A stretch of 64,000 nucleotides of DNA from the human T2T-CHM13v2.0 reference genome, Homo sapiens (GCF_009914755.1 NC_060925.1), one strand, 5' to 3'. Positions 24,507-52,214 are shown, counted from the stretch's first letter. Notes: generated from the sequence alone by a model not told the origin. A program made the numbers and translations.

Positions 24507-25958
24507 AGTTAGAGAAGGTCAAAAAAATGACTAGAGGACTCCTAGTTTATCTAACCTTCTGACCTATTTGTCCTGTTTGTCCTGGCTGGCAGGGTCAGCT
24601 CTGCCTAGAGGCAGGGGAAAAATCTTTTACTTCTTTCATGTATTCATACGTTACTTCTAGCTATCCATCCTGGCCAAAGCTTCCAGAAATTAGGAAGCTT
24701 GCTTGCCAAAAGCACTGCAATTAGGAGAGTGATGATGTCGGGACTAGAAAGACTCACACCCACTGTAATCTGTCTTCATATTGCTCTTGAGTGCCACTCT
24801 GCCCAAAATTTATCATGTTGACAAATGACAAAAGGCTCTGAAAAAGCATACACATGAAAAAGGAGAGCTTTACCTCTAGGCAAGAATGCTTCACTCTGAT
24901 TAATTCCTACCCCCAACCACACCCCTCACCACAAGATAGAATCTTGTCTTTTGTGAGGTCTTAGTCATGTTCCTTTGGCCCACTGCAGGCCATAATTCTG
25001 CAACTAGAGACATCTCTAATTCTCTCCTTCCACCTTCCCCTAGAGAAATGTCAGGCCTGACAGATGGACCCTAGTTTGAGATCTCTATGACCAGAGTGGG
25101 TTCTGAGGCAGGACCAACCCTTACGGTTGAGCAGTCTGAGCATCTGACAAAAGGGAATAGTGGGTGGTCTGGTAACCTGCCCCTAACCTGCTCATCAGAG
25201 ATGGTTTGCTGAACCAGGAGAAAGCTTGGCCCTTTCTAATTATAAAATAAAACAATTTCACTCAGTATATGTTTCAAACCAGAAGATTTATCTCCCCTCT
25301 TTTCTTCTTTAACTTAAACAGCCCCATTTCCCCAGCTGCTCCTTAACTGACCTGCTTTCCAAACCCCTGCTGATATCTTCCTATAGCATTTAGCTTAGTA
25401 TCAAGTTCAACCTCCTTCCTTAGCTTGACACACGAGGCTCTCTACCCTCTGACCCCTTGTCACTCCTCCCTCATATACACCTCCTGCCGCTCTAGCCGTA
25501 AAGCACTATTTGCAATCCCCGGAGTGTATGTTGCAGATCTCAGTGCTCTCCCCAATTCTCTCCACTTACTCTTTGCCTAAATCCTGCTTGAAAAAATTGG
25601 GCTTAAGTGTTACCAGTTCAGTGGTAGCTTTCCTGACAACCTCCTTATTCCCAGTCTGATTTTCAGTGCCCCTTCCTCTGTATTTCCACCATACCCTGTG
25701 CATATTTCTATCATATGCTTACATAGTTCCATAATTGTTTATAATTTATGTTTCTTTTCCCCCTTTGGACCATGATCTTTGTGAGTCAAGGTTATGGTGG
25801 TTGTAAGTATCTCAGAGCATTGAATAGAAACCGATACAACCATTGCATTGAACTATGCATTCCTTGAGGGCAGGGCCATATCTTCACCTCTGCATACCAA
25901 CATCTAGCATATCACCAGTAAATAGTTGGTGTTCAGTGAATGAAGAATGAATACATGA

Positions 25959-30775
<4,817 letters not shown>

Positions 30776-31484
30776 AAAGAAAAAAAAGAAAAATCATACA
30801 GTGGCTTATCATCTCCCAGCCCAGAATCCTACCAGAGTTGGCCCTTTGGTCTTTGTTCTACTCTAAATTATGTATCACCTGGAATTAAACCAACTGATTT
30901 AAAAAAAGAAGAAGAAAAAAAGAAAGGAAATCAGGTTCTTAAAGCCCAGCACTAGTAGAGCTCAGACAAGTTACCTTTTTATCCTAATGAAGTAGGAAGG
31001 GCACCACTATGTACCTAGCACCCAGGAATGTTTAACCTTTACTCACGTTCTGCCTGGAGAAGGAAGCCAGGCTGCAATGCAGGGATCTGGCTCCTGAACT
31101 CTGTCAAGGCTGAGGCAGGGCTGGATAAGAAATCTCTACCCCCATGTCAGGCTTGTGACCAGCCTCCTCCCTCATCTTGCACAACCTTGATCCAGGGGCA
31201 GGAACTGATACACTGGCCTTTGGAAGCCGTAGGACTTTGAACTTCGTTGAACTTCGGAGCTGAAGGGCTGAACAGAGCTGGTGCCAAACCCACTTTTAGT
31301 AACCCCATAGTTTTTTTTTCCCCCCACTTAACAACATATCAAAGACATTTTTTCCACAACAATACTTACATATTTACTTTATCCTTGTTGTGTCTGTATT
31401 TATCACATGGATGCACAACAATTTATTTTGGATATTCCCTTCCTACAAATATTTACGTAATATGTTTTAATTTTTTTATATTAA

Positions 31485-31631
<147 letters not shown>

Positions 31632-34328
31632 TAAACAACACAGTAAACAGCCTTGTCCCTTTTCTATTATTTCCTAAAACTAAGTTCCTTACAATTGCTG
31701 AATCAGAAGGGATGGACATTTAACATTTTCATATATATTATCAAATTGCCTTATATATATGTTTTCTTTTTCTTTCTCCTACTTGTATTTTGAAGTATAT
31801 ATATTTAAATTTGTAATACTTTTTTTTTTTTTTTTTTTTTTTTTTTAGAGACAGGGTCTTGCTTTGTCATCCAGGCTGGAGTGCAGTGGCACAATCATAG
31901 CTAACTGTAACCTCAAACTCCTGGGCTTCAGTGATCCTCCCACCTCAGCCTCCATTGTAGCTAGGACTACAGGTGCACAACACCTCTATTTTTGTAGAGA
32001 CAGGGTCTCAGTACGCTGCCCTGGCCTCATGTGATCCTCCCACCCAGCCTATGCTCCCTTCTTATCAAACCACATGTAGTTCCTGGAATGTAACATCCTG
32101 CTTCATTCCTCCACAACTTGGCACATATCAATTCCTCTGCTCAGACTACCATTCTCCAGCTTCCTTTAACTCCCTTCCCAACAACAGTCTATTTTTCCAA
32201 AAAACTCCTGGCACATGGTAGATATCATTAAATGTTGGTCAGTCGAATGAATAAATCAATCACTTCTACCCACTTTTAGCACAGAGCAGCCTCTGTGGGT
32301 GACATGTGCAACAGAAGACCGTAAAATTAGGAAATGCAGTTGACAGGGGAAATCCGCACCGCCATATGACAGGCTGTCTGCTTCCGTCAGCGGTTATTCC
32401 CTTGCCTGCCTGCCCTAGCCCACACCACTTCCTCCTCTTCCCCCCACCCCCGACTTTCCAGTCCCAGTCCATTGGTTTCAGTTGGCTGCAGCCTCCTTTC
32501 CACCACTTCACTGCAGCATTGATCTTTGTAACTGCCATAATAGAACTGATTCCTACCCTGATATAACTATAGCTTCTATGCCAACAGCTGTAGCTCTACA
32601 TAATCATGTGTGTGCATGTACAGGTGTAAGTGTGCTTGCATGGGTGCATGAGTGTATATGTGCGCATGCATGAGAGAGAAAGAGACTGCAACCCTGTGCA
32701 GAGTCCTCCTCCTCTATTCTGGAGTTCTGTCTCTGTCAGGGATGGGTGGCAGTTTGTAGTAGTTTCACTTGAAGGGGTAGGAGAAGAGGGAACAGTTTTC
32801 CTATTTCAACCTAGCTTGCAGCAGCCTATTTTGAATATAAATAATAATCATTACCACTCATTAAATCTCTATGTACCACCAGGCACTTTACATCCATTGT
32901 TTCATTTAATCCCCAAACAACTCAAAAAAGTAAGCATGGCCAGCTTGGTGGCTCATGCCTATAACTGCAGCACTTTTGGGAGGCCAAGGTGGGAGGATCG
33001 CTTGAGCCCAGGAGTTTGAGATCACCTGGGCAAATATAGTAAGACCTCGTCTCTACAAAAAATAAACAAAATTAGCTGAGCACGGTGGTGGACAGTTGTA
33101 GTCCCAGCTACTTGGGAGGCTGAGGTGGGAGGATTGTTTGAGCCTGGGAAGTCAACACTGCAGTGAGCCGTGATCATGCCACTGCACTCTAGCCTAGATG
33201 ATAGAGTAAGACTCTGTCTCAAAAAATAAATAACATATATTTAAGAAATTAAGAATTTTGCTTTGGTGCATAATCAGGAAAAAAGCAATAAATGGTTCTG
33301 AGGACCAAGTCACTCTGGTGGGATTGGGGATTGGAGCTCAGATCCCAAAAGATGAGGTAGCTGACTGCATAATGCAGTCCCCAGGGCCTGGTGCCAGCCT
33401 TGCTGGCTCTCAGCAGCCACTTGAATGGGACCACAGGATTTGAGGGGCCTGAGAGGGAGAATAATGCCTCAGTGCACAGGCCCAGGGCCATTTCCAGTAG
33501 CTACCTGTGTAGGGACTTTCACTACTTGGGGGAAATGAGTCAGGTCTTGTGAAGTTGGTTTCAGAGCTGGCCAGAGTTTAGGAATGATTCGGCCCTAATA
33601 GGGGATTAGAAGGAACTTAAATATGTTCCTTAAATGTGCGCTCATTACAATGTCACTAGAAGGTCCACGCATAAAGTCAAGATCTTGTTCAGGCCCCCTT
33701 ATCGCCCTGCTTCGTATATGGGTCCTCTGGGAACCTGAACTCTGTTCTTCATTCTCATTCAGACAGCCTAGCCTACAGTAAGCAGGAAGTGCCAGCAAAT
33801 AAGTCACTGGGGTAGCTCCGGGACAAACTCAGAGACTTGGACAGCAGGCATTTATTTCTTCATCTCTTCTACCTGGCCACATTCCTCTTAGGGTCTAGAA
33901 ACCCCTGCCAAATGCTAAAACGTTCAGTGAGGGGTGCTGAGAACTTAACCTTTCCCTCCCTCCTGCCTAGTTGTCCAGAAAGGGATGCTCCCTTCTCCTT
34001 CCTAGACAGCCATTCTCACTTTCTAGCTCTTCATCTGTTTCAGCCTCCTCTGTCGCCACACAAGGCCAACCCTGCACACACACATAGGTATGCATTCTGC
34101 CTGTTCTACATTAGCCCCTCTGGACTGTGAACCTTGAAGGCAGAGAACAAGGCTGGTCCTTTTTTTTTTTTTAAATTTTTGTGATGAAATCTCACTCTGT
34201 CACTCAGACTGGAGTGCAGTGAACAATCTTGGCTCATTGCAACCTGCACCTCCTGGGTTCAAGCACTTCTCCTGAGTAGCTGGGATTACAGGTGCCTGCC
34301 ATCACACCCGGCTAATTTTTGTATTTTT

Positions 34329-34708
34329 TGTTTGTTTGTTTTGATTTTTGTTTTTCCGTCGGATTTATTTCCTCACATTACAGCATACTTTTCATATGAG
34401 CCTACACATATCAGATGGTAACTCTGGAATGGGTGAGTCTGTGACACTGACCCAGCACAGCTGTGAGGGTGATGACAGGCAGGTTAGCAGGTGCGCACAG
34501 AGGGGCTTTCTTCTAAATTGGAGGTCAGGTTAGATGATTCAGCTCCGCAGAGCTCATTCAGTGCTCCGTCTTCTGGTGGCTTCCCTTGATTTCTAATAAA
34601 AGCTGCAGATGGAGTCACTCAGTTCCACATGGCTGGGGAAGCCTCAGCAAACTTACAATCAAGGTGGAAGGCACCTCTTCACAGGGTGGCAGGAAAGAGA
34701 ATGAGTGC
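34329..34708 (-). mobile_element. Retrotransposed chimeric sequence (THE1 LTR fragment + unique sequence + poly(A)) inside an Alu
   Basis: 17-bp TSD with one mismatch, CTAATTTTT(G/C)TATTTTT, at 34312-34328 and 34709-34725; degenerate poly(A) 34329-34355; AATAAA (minus) 34364-34369; THE1-like segment 34621-34708. Confidence 0.75.
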
Positions 34709-34929
34709 CTAATTTTTCTATTTTTAGTAGAGATGGGGTTCCACCATGTTGGCCAGTCTCGTCTCAAACTCCTAACCTCAAGTGATCTTCCCACCTTGGC
34801 TCCCAAAGTGCTGGGATTGCAGGTGTGAGCCACCGTGCCCGGCCAAGGCTGGTCCATTTTTGTGCCCAGTGAAAGGACTAGGACATAGTATATGCTAAGT
34901 AAATGTTAGCTAAATGTATGATCCATGAT

Positions 34930-38735
<3,806 letters not shown>

Positions 38736-38814
38736 GAATATTCCTTTTCCAGGATTATTATGAAGATTCAATAAAACCATGTTTATTAAGTGTTAAGCAC
38801 AGTGCCTGGCACAT

Positions 38815-39530
38815 AACGTGCTGGGCGGGGTCTATGGTCCAGACAGGGGGACCAGGCACTTTCCAGCGCCTGGATCTGCAGACGCGAGGTCTTCTGTATT
38901 CTGGCCAATCTTGGTGTTGCAGCTGCTCTCTGGGCCTCAGTTTGCTTGAACTAAATGTAACGGGGCCAACTTAGGTGAACTTTGGGAATCCAGCCAACCT
39001 GACTTTAGGGAGAGTATGGAGCCACGGATGGCATTGTGAATCCGGAGGGCCGACACCAGAAGAACCTGCAACGTGGCATCTGCTACCTTACTTCCCCCGG
39101 AAAAGCGCCTGCGGCGGCGCCTAGGCGCGCGGTGCAATGTGGGCCAGCAAAAGGCGAGGCTGGCCCCGCCCCTTGCACCGCCCACGTGGCCAGCGCCACC
39201 TGCCTCATTGTGCCCAGGAGTTCTCCAAACCCGCGCTGCGGAGTGAGTGACCAAGTTCCGGCCAGTTCGACCTCGAGGATCCAGAGGTGGAGACGGTACT
39301 ACCTCCCAGCTCTGTTTTCCATCCCCTTCAGGTCCTTCCTCGGGAGGCGGCGAAGGCGGTCCACCCTGCGCGTGATCCTTTATGCCCGGCCCCTGCCCCT
39401 CCCTCCGGGTGGAACTTCCCCCTCACCGCCAGACTTAAGCTGAGGATCGTTGGATCTCTGGCGGGGTGCAGAACTGAGCCCAGGCCACAGTACCCTATTC
39501 ACGCTCTGTGCTTGTGCCAAGGTGAGTTTC
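38815..39530. promoter_or_regulatory. AKR1A1 CpG island/promoter
   Basis: CpG-rich; CCAAT ~38905, GC box ~39164, E-box CACGTG 39183-39188, CTCF-like AGCGCCACCTGCC ~39192. Confidence 0.8.
39195..39521 (+). other. AKR1A1: AKR1A1 non-coding exon 1 (start approximate)
   Basis: Strong donor AAG|GTGAGT at 39521/39522 at the end of the CpG island. Confidence 0.8.
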
Positions 39531-40347
39531 TCTTGCTGCTGGCCTATCTTTCTCCCGGAGGAGATGGCCTCGATTCTTTACTACTGAAATGTAAGCCCCT
39601 GGGGTTGAGTGGAGAGCGCAGAGCACTGGAGGGGACGAGACTTGGTTTCGGATTTGAGCTCTTCTTTTTCTCTGTATGATCTCTTGCTAACTTCCCAGTT
39701 TCTCTGAACCTGTTTCCTCAGCAATAAAATGAGGTCCTACATTAGAACTGTAGCAAGAATTGAGATAAAGCTTTGAAGGCGCACAGCGCATACTAGGTGA
39801 TCTGCAAGTTTTAATTGCCATCTTTTTGTTTGCTCACCTATGTGCTTTTTCCAGCTGCTCCGGCTTTCTTATGCAGGTGCAGGGATAGTTCTCAGAAGTG
39901 GGGAGAAGTGGGGATAATTCTCTTACTTAGACACCTGCTTTGGGTCTGAGAAAGTCTGACATGTTATTCTGTTGCCCCAGAACTCTGTTAAAGTAAGACA
40001 CAGATCTGAACCTTCACTGGATGAGGCTACTGTTAATTAACTCTTCCCCTTCAGATCGTTCATACTCAGGGCTGCAGGCCTGTTACTTTTCCAAGATCTG
40101 TTTCCTTATCTTTAATACAGGAGCAATCTCAGTATGATTCTATCTGGTCCACTGGGATTTTTTGCCGAGTATAGTAAAGTGCTTTGATATTCTCCAAGAG
40201 GATTCTTTTCAGGTTTTCCAACAGGTAAAGGAAGAAGGTGACAGAGGCAGCGACTTCCTCAAATGTCCTTCCAGCTGGCCAAACTCAACCTGTCAAGATC
40301 TCTCCCCCATAAGCTGTGTGTGTGTGGTGTGTGTATTGTGTACATTG

Positions 40348-40387
40348 TATGTATGTATGTATGTATGTATGTATGTATGTATGTATG
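40348..40387. repeat. (TATG)10 microsatellite
   Basis: Perfect tetranucleotide run. Confidence 0.95.
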
Positions 40388-40801
40388 GGACAGGTACTCT
40401 AGGAGTGAGGGGTTCAGGCAGATGACAGGCTCAGACCTCAAGGAGTAGCCAGGTTTGTGGGGGAAATTTATATATAAACAGAAAAATGTAGTGATGTGCA
40501 CATGCTATCAGTACATGGAAGTAGCCATCCATTTATTTATTTATTTATTTTCTTTTTAGAGATGGATGGGGGTCTCTCGGTCTTTTGCCCATGCTGGAGT
40601 GTAGTGGTGGAATCCTTGCTCAGTGCAGCCTCAAACTTCTGGGCTCAAATAATCCTGCCACCTCAGCCTTTGGACTATAAACTACATGCCACTGTGCCCA
40701 GTTAATCTTTAAAATAAAAAAAAAAAAATTCCCCCTAGCAAGCAGACTCAGAAAGAAAAAAACAAATTTTTGTAGAGACAGTGTTTCCTTTTGTTGCCCA
40801 G

Positions 40802-41849
<1,048 letters not shown>

Positions 41850-42140
41850 CTAGAGAAAGATTTAGGAATATATATTTTAAAATTCTTTTCACATACATCA
41901 AGAAGTACAGGAAGCATTATTGCAATCTTAGGTCTTAGGTTACATATTAGAGCATTCTCTTTTTCTGTAGCTATTAAGTATTAACAAGATTTAAAACCCA
42001 GCTAAACTGACAAAATCTGGCCAACATTACATATGTAAGGTGATTTTCCAAGCTGGCTTTTCTAGAAGTATAGGAGAGGCCGGGTGTGGTGGCTCATGCC
42101 TGTAATCCCAGCACTTTGGGAGGCTGAGGTGGGCGGATCA

Positions 42141-42423
<283 letters not shown>

Positions 42424-43051
42424 TTAGGAGGCCAAGGTGGGAGGGTCACTTGAGGCTAGAAGTTTGAGGGGGCAACACAGTGAGACCCTATCTCTACAAA
42501 AGAAAAATAAGGCCAGGCATAGTGGCTCACACTTATAATCCCAGCACTTTGGGAGGCTGAGGCAGAAGGACCACTTGAGCCCAGGAGTTTCAGACCAGCC
42601 TGGGCAACAAGGAGAAACCCTGTCTCTACGAAAAACACAAAAAATGAGCTGGACATCGTGGCCCATGCTTCTAGTCCCAGCTACCTGGGAGGCTGAATGG
42701 AAAGGATAGCTTGAGCTTGGGAGGTGGAGTTTGCAGTGAGCTGAGATCACACCACTGCCCTCCAGCCTGGACGTTAGAGCGAGACTCTGTCTCAATAAAT
42801 AAGTAAATAAATAAGCTGGGTGTGGTGACATGTGCCTGTAGTCCCAGCTACTCGGGATTGCTCCAGTCCAGGAGTTCGAAGCTGCAATGAGCCATGAATG
42901 GGCCACTGCACTCCAGCCTGGGCAACAGAGTGAGACCCTGTCTCAAAAAGAAAAGTACAGGAGAAAATACTCTCCTCACCAACTACTTATCAAAACCATA
43001 ATCTGATAATACTCATAAATGCCTGCAAGGAACTACAAATACTTTCTTTAG

Positions 43052-43180
<129 letters not shown>

Positions 43181-43461
43181 TGAGTAGCTAGGACCATAGA
43201 GACACATCACTATGCCTGGCTAATTTTCATATTTTTTGTAGAGATTAAGTTTTGCCATGTCCCCCAGGCTGGTCTCGAACTCCTGGACTCAAGCAATCTG
43301 CTTGCCTCAGCCTCCCAAAGTGCTGGGATTAACAGGCATGAGCCACCACACGCAACCAGATGTTTTTTTTTAAGGCCCAAATGGATTATACTATCAACAT
43401 GTTGTCTGGTTTGCTTTAACACTTGTTATCCAGGGCTTTGGTCTTTTGGTGAGATAGAGTA

Positions 43462-44070
<609 letters not shown>

Positions 44071-44621
44071 ACAGAAAGAAGAGCATGGGTTAGGCCCTGT
44101 GCAAGGTGCTTTAGATATAGTATCTCTTGAAAATATCAGAACTGAGATTCAAACCCAGGTCTGCGTAGCCCCACAGCCTAAACTGTTTCCTCTGTACTCT
44201 ACTGCTGGATTTGATGAGTACAGTTTTGGACATGGCGAATCTCAGATGCCTATACATACTAGTGGAGAGGTCCAGAGGGCGTTGAATATACAGAAGTGGG
44301 GTGAGAAGAATCAAGGCCTAAGGCGATAACCGAAGACATGAACTCAACTAGGGAATGAGAAGATTGAGGAGAAAACCCTGAAGGGACCTTTCCTTTGCCT
44401 CCCACACCAGCATATGTGGGAGCCAGAGGAGAGGCCCATGCAGCTAGGAAACACTCATGTAGATATTGTTTCCTTTTTTTCCTGTGTCTTCTACTTCCCT
44501 GCAGCCAGGCAGCAACTGTAGAGCCCTTTGAGAAAGAAAGAATTCAACAGAGGGAAGGAACCTAGGCATTGAATTGGAAATAATAAAACCTGATTCCTGA
44601 TAATACCCTCCTCCCCACTCA

Positions 44622-44978
<357 letters not shown>

Positions 44979-45025
44979 TCACGCCTGTAATCCCAGCACT
45001 TTGGGAGGCCGAGGTGGGTGGATCA

Positions 45026-45554
<529 letters not shown>

Positions 45555-46149
45555 TCAAAAAAATAAAAATAAAAAAGATAACATGAGGGTTTCTGAATGC
45601 TGCCAAAGGTCCAGATAGGCAGTTCCTGACAAGCTCAGAGTCTGGAATCTGTTCACGCACAGCTAGGCTGGAAAGCAGTTGTATCAAGCAGAAGATGAGG
45701 AAGTCAAGAGCTGGCCGAGGATGATTTTCTGTCCTAGAGAAAAACATCTATGTGGCACCTTCATTCTTCCCTAGGGAGCTCTTGTTCTTTGCAGATCTCC
45801 TCCATCTTTCATCCCTGTTCCCCAAGCCTCAGCCTTTTCGGTGTTCAGTTTCACCAGCAAAAGAAAGGGAGAAGCAAGATTCAGGTTTCTTCTTCCTTTT
45901 CCCCTTAAGCCAGGGTGTTGTTCAAGCTCTCACCCCAGGTGTAATTTCAGAGCCTTCTCATGCGTGCTGGGTAATCTGCGAGAGGCCAACAGGTCATTGG
46001 GCATTAAGCCCAGGAAACCTGCCTTAGACCCTGGTGGCAGCAGGCCACCAGGTTCCTCTTGTCAAGTCCAGACTTGCTTGCTTGATCCCTTGGAAATTTG
46101 ATTATAAAGAGCATTGCCCTGGTAGCTTGTGGTTTGACACTCAGATTGA

Positions 46150-46438
<289 letters not shown>

Positions 46439-46517
46439 TAATTTTTGTATTTTTAGTAGAGAGGGGGTTTCGCCTTGTTGGCCAGGCTGGTCTCGAACTC
46501 CTGACCTCAAGTCTTAA

Positions 46518-46781
<264 letters not shown>

Positions 46782-47952
46782 TGAGATGGAGTCTTGCTCT
46801 GTCACCCAAGCCGGAGTGCAGTGGCTCAATCTCGGCTCACTGCAACCTCCACCTCCCGAGTTCAAGCGATTCCTCCTGTCTCAGCCTTCTGAGTATCTGG
46901 GACCACAGGCATGTGCCACCATGCCCGGCTAATTTTTGTATTTTTAGGAGAGACGGGGTTTCACCATGTTGGTCAGGCTGGTCTCGAACTCCTGACCTCG
47001 TGATCTGCCCTCCTCGGCCTCCCAAAGTGCTGGGATTACAGGTGTAAGCCACCAAACCCGGCCTAATTTTTGTATTTTCAGTAAAGATGGGGTTTCGCCA
47101 TGTTGGCCAGGCTGGTAATACCCTGACCTCAGGTGATCCGTCGCATCGGCCTTCCAGAGTGCTAGGATTACAGGTGTGAGCCACCACTCCTGGCCACAGC
47201 TTGTCTTATTACTTGCTCTATCCTACATCCTTTTAGAACCTGGAAACTAAGATTATATTTATAAAGATATTGTTGGCAATTAAATCAATCCCAAGAGTGA
47301 TATTCATGGTACTGATGAGATCAAGGGAAAAGGTTGTATCTACCTCATTGGCTCTTGGTGTGAACATTCTCTCTCCTTTTCTTTCACTTGAATAGCTCCT
47401 GTTCAGTTATTCTTTAGGACTTGACTCAGGAAGAGATTCCTCCAAGAAGCCATCCTAGCAAGGTTACCCTTTTCTTGCCACCCTTGTGCAGCTCTTGTGC
47501 AGAATTTGATCAAAGCTCTTATCACAGTGTACTGATATCACCTGTTCCCATTACAAGACCATAAACTGAAGGAAGGCAGTTTAAATATTTAAATACATTT
47601 TTCTCTTGGGTTTAGCACAAGAGTTGGAACATTCAATTTACTGACAAAACGAGTATTCTTGGGCCATTTGGTGACCTCTTACTTGCATAGCTTTCCAGAG
47701 GGGGAGGCTCCAGTTATCTGCTTTGTTTGGTTGGAAATTTACTTGTATCTGTAATTAGTTACTTTTCTGCTGCACTGAAGTCATGTGTATAGTTTCCTTT
47801 CCTGGAAAGAGTTCTTCCCCTTAACTCTTGGGAATTCTTAAAAACCAGTGTCAATATTTCTTTGTCCTTGCCCTTTTCTGTAGTACATCATACTTGTGTC
47901 TACCATGAGTATCTTTTTATAGGTCTGTGTTTATTTGCCTTTTTTCCATTAG

Positions 47953-48216
<264 letters not shown>

Positions 48217-48295
48217 TGACCAGGGCTGGTCTCGATCTCTTGACCTTGTGATCCGCCCACCTCAACCTCCCAAAGTGCTGGGATTACAGGCGTGA

Positions 48296-48532
<237 letters not shown>

Positions 48533-48796
48533 TAGAAATGGGGTTTCACTCTGTTGGCCAGGCTGGTCTCTAACTTTTGACCTCAAGTGATTTGCCTGCC
48601 TTGGCCTTCCTATGTGCTTGTATTACAGGTGTGAGGCACAGCGCCCGGTCTAACTTCACTTCTTTGAGCCTATTTTCTCAACTAAAAAATTAAAGATCTG
48701 GATATGGTGGCTCATACCTGTAATCCCAGCAACTCAGGGTGCTGAAGTGGCTGGATAGCTTGAGGTCAGAAGTTCAAGACCAGCCTGGGCAACCTA

Positions 48797-48973
<177 letters not shown>

Positions 48974-49730
48974 CTAAAAAAGAGTTCCTTTTTTAGGACT
49001 CCCTTTACCTCCCTTGCAGGAGCCCACTCGGGCCTACCAGCATGGCTGACCAGACCTCTGTGAAAGGTACTTGGAGAATCTCTGCAGTTCTTTTTTTTTT
49101 TTTTTTTTTTGAGACAAAGTCTCGCTCTGTTGCCCAGGCTGGAGTGCAGTGGTGCAATCTAAGCTCACTGCAACCTCCGCCTCCTGGGTTCAAGTGATTC
49201 TCCTGCCTCAGCCTCCCAGGTAGCTGGGACTACAGGCACCCGCCACCACGCCTGGCTAATTTTTTGTATTTTTAGTAGAGATGGTCTTTCACTGAGTTAG
49301 CCAGGATGGTCTCGATCTCCTGACCTCGTGATCCACCCGCCTCGGCCTCCCAAAGTGCTGGGATTACAGGCGTGAGCCACCGTGCCTGGCCGAGAATCTC
49401 TGTAGTTCTGACAACCTCCTGGGAACATTTATTTCATTCTCAGAGAAGTGGCCCCTTCCTGGGCCTATTCAGTTACCTGGTCTCTCTCTCATAATGGCCT
49501 TTGCCTGCCTTACACTGGCTTGAGACCTTATTTAGTCAAGACTGGGTGCTTCTGTGTGGCCACCCTGCTTTTGTTTTTAGATAGTGCAGTTCTTTAACAG
49601 AGATCTTTAGCCTGCCACAGAGAAGGGCAGCCAGGCTGGTGGTCTGGTTAGTGTTTGTCCAGGAGCTACTGGCCATGGTTGGTTTTGGGCACCCTGTCTC
49701 TGCTGCCTTTGCTCACAGGCACATATATAA

Positions 49731-49932
<202 letters not shown>

Positions 49933-50159
49933 TAATTTTTGTATTTTTAGTAGAGATGGGGTTTTACCATGTTGACCCAACTGGTCTTGAACTCTTGACC
50001 TCAGGTGATCTGCCCGCCTCAGCCTCCCAAAGTGCTGGGATTACAGGTGTGAGCCACTGCACTTGGCGCTTTGCAGTATTCTTGACAGTGGAAATCTGAG
50101 ACCTGAACAACAGCACTAACCCCAACACCATTCTCTTCCCATCTGTGTTTCAGGGGGCA

Positions 50160-50243
50160 ATGGCGGCTTCCTGTGTTCTACTGCACACTGGGCAGAAGAT
50201 GCCTCTGATTGGTCTGGGTACCTGGAAGAGTGAGCCTGGTCAG
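50160..50243 (+). CDS. AKR1A1: Aldehyde reductase coding exon 1 (exon starts 50154)
   Basis: [28 protein letters not shown]; branch point CACTAAC 50114-50120; AG/GT. Confidence 0.97.
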
Positions 50244-50860
50244 GTGAGGGATGGGGGAAGAAAAAAGAAACTTGTTGAGCCTCTGCCTGCATTTTCCTAG
50301 CAGCCCCACCCCCATACTCCCCTTCCAGCGGGGATGAGCCAGTGGGAAGAGATAAGAGAAGACACCAATTATACATCCTGGGCTTCCCCAGCTGACTCAG
50401 AGAGTGGGCTGAGGGGCCCAGCAGGGCTGGGGGCATAGGAAGGACATCTTTCTCTAACTGGATCTGCACTGAGTGCTGTGGCAAACATGGGGCCCCTCTG
50501 TGCCCATCCCTATGCTATGACCCCTAATATGGCAGTTATCACCCTGTGCTGTGATCATGTCTCCTCTCCCACACTGGGTTCTTTGAGGGCTCAGCCTCTC
50601 CCTACTGCTCAGTCCAGAATTAGGCACATAGCAGGTGTCAAGGTTTGAAGAATAACTAGGTGAATTGTATATTGTATAGACCAAAGGTCAGCAAATTTTT
50701 TTTTTTTTTTTTTTTTTTTTACTCGAGACAGGGTCTCGCTCTGTTGCCCAGGCTGGAGTGCAGTGGCACAATCTTGGCTCACGGCAGCCTTGACCTCCTG
50801 GGCTCAAGTGACCCTCCCACCTCAGCCTCCTGAGTAGCTGGGACCACAGGCACACACTAA

Positions 50861-51187
<327 letters not shown>

Positions 51188-51547
51188 TAAAGAACAAGAT
51201 AGGGCCAAGTGTGGTGGCTCATACCTGTAATCCCAGCACTTTGGGACGCCAAGGCAGGAAGATTGCTTGAGCCCAGGAATTTGAGACCAGACTGGGCAAC
51301 ACAGTGAGACCCCCGTCTCTACAAAAAATTAAAAAAATTCGAATGCGCCTGTGGTCCCAGCTACTTGAGAGACTGAGTTAGGGGGATTGCTGGAGCCCTG
51401 GAAGTCGAGGCTGCAGTGACCTATGATCATGCCACTGCACTCCAGCCTGGACAGAGCGAGACCATCTTAAAAAAAAAAAAGGTAGGCTGGACACTGTGGC
51501 TCACGCCTATAATCCCAGCACTTTGGGAGGCCAAGGCAGGTGGATCA

Positions 51548-51799
<252 letters not shown>

Positions 51800-52043
51800 T
51801 TAGATTCTATTGGACAAGTTACAGATGGAGGTGATTATACACTCATGTGACCTTTTAATATGTAACCACTTAAGCTGGGTGTGGTGGCTCATGCCTGTAA
51901 TCCCAGCACTTTGGGAGGCTGAGGCAGGCGGATCACCTGAGGTTGGGAGTTCGAGACCAGCCTGACCAACACGGAGAAACCTCATCTCTACTAAAAATGC
52001 AAAATTAGCCAGGCGTGGTGGTGCATGCCTGTAATCCCAGCTA

Positions 52044-52214
<171 letters not shown>

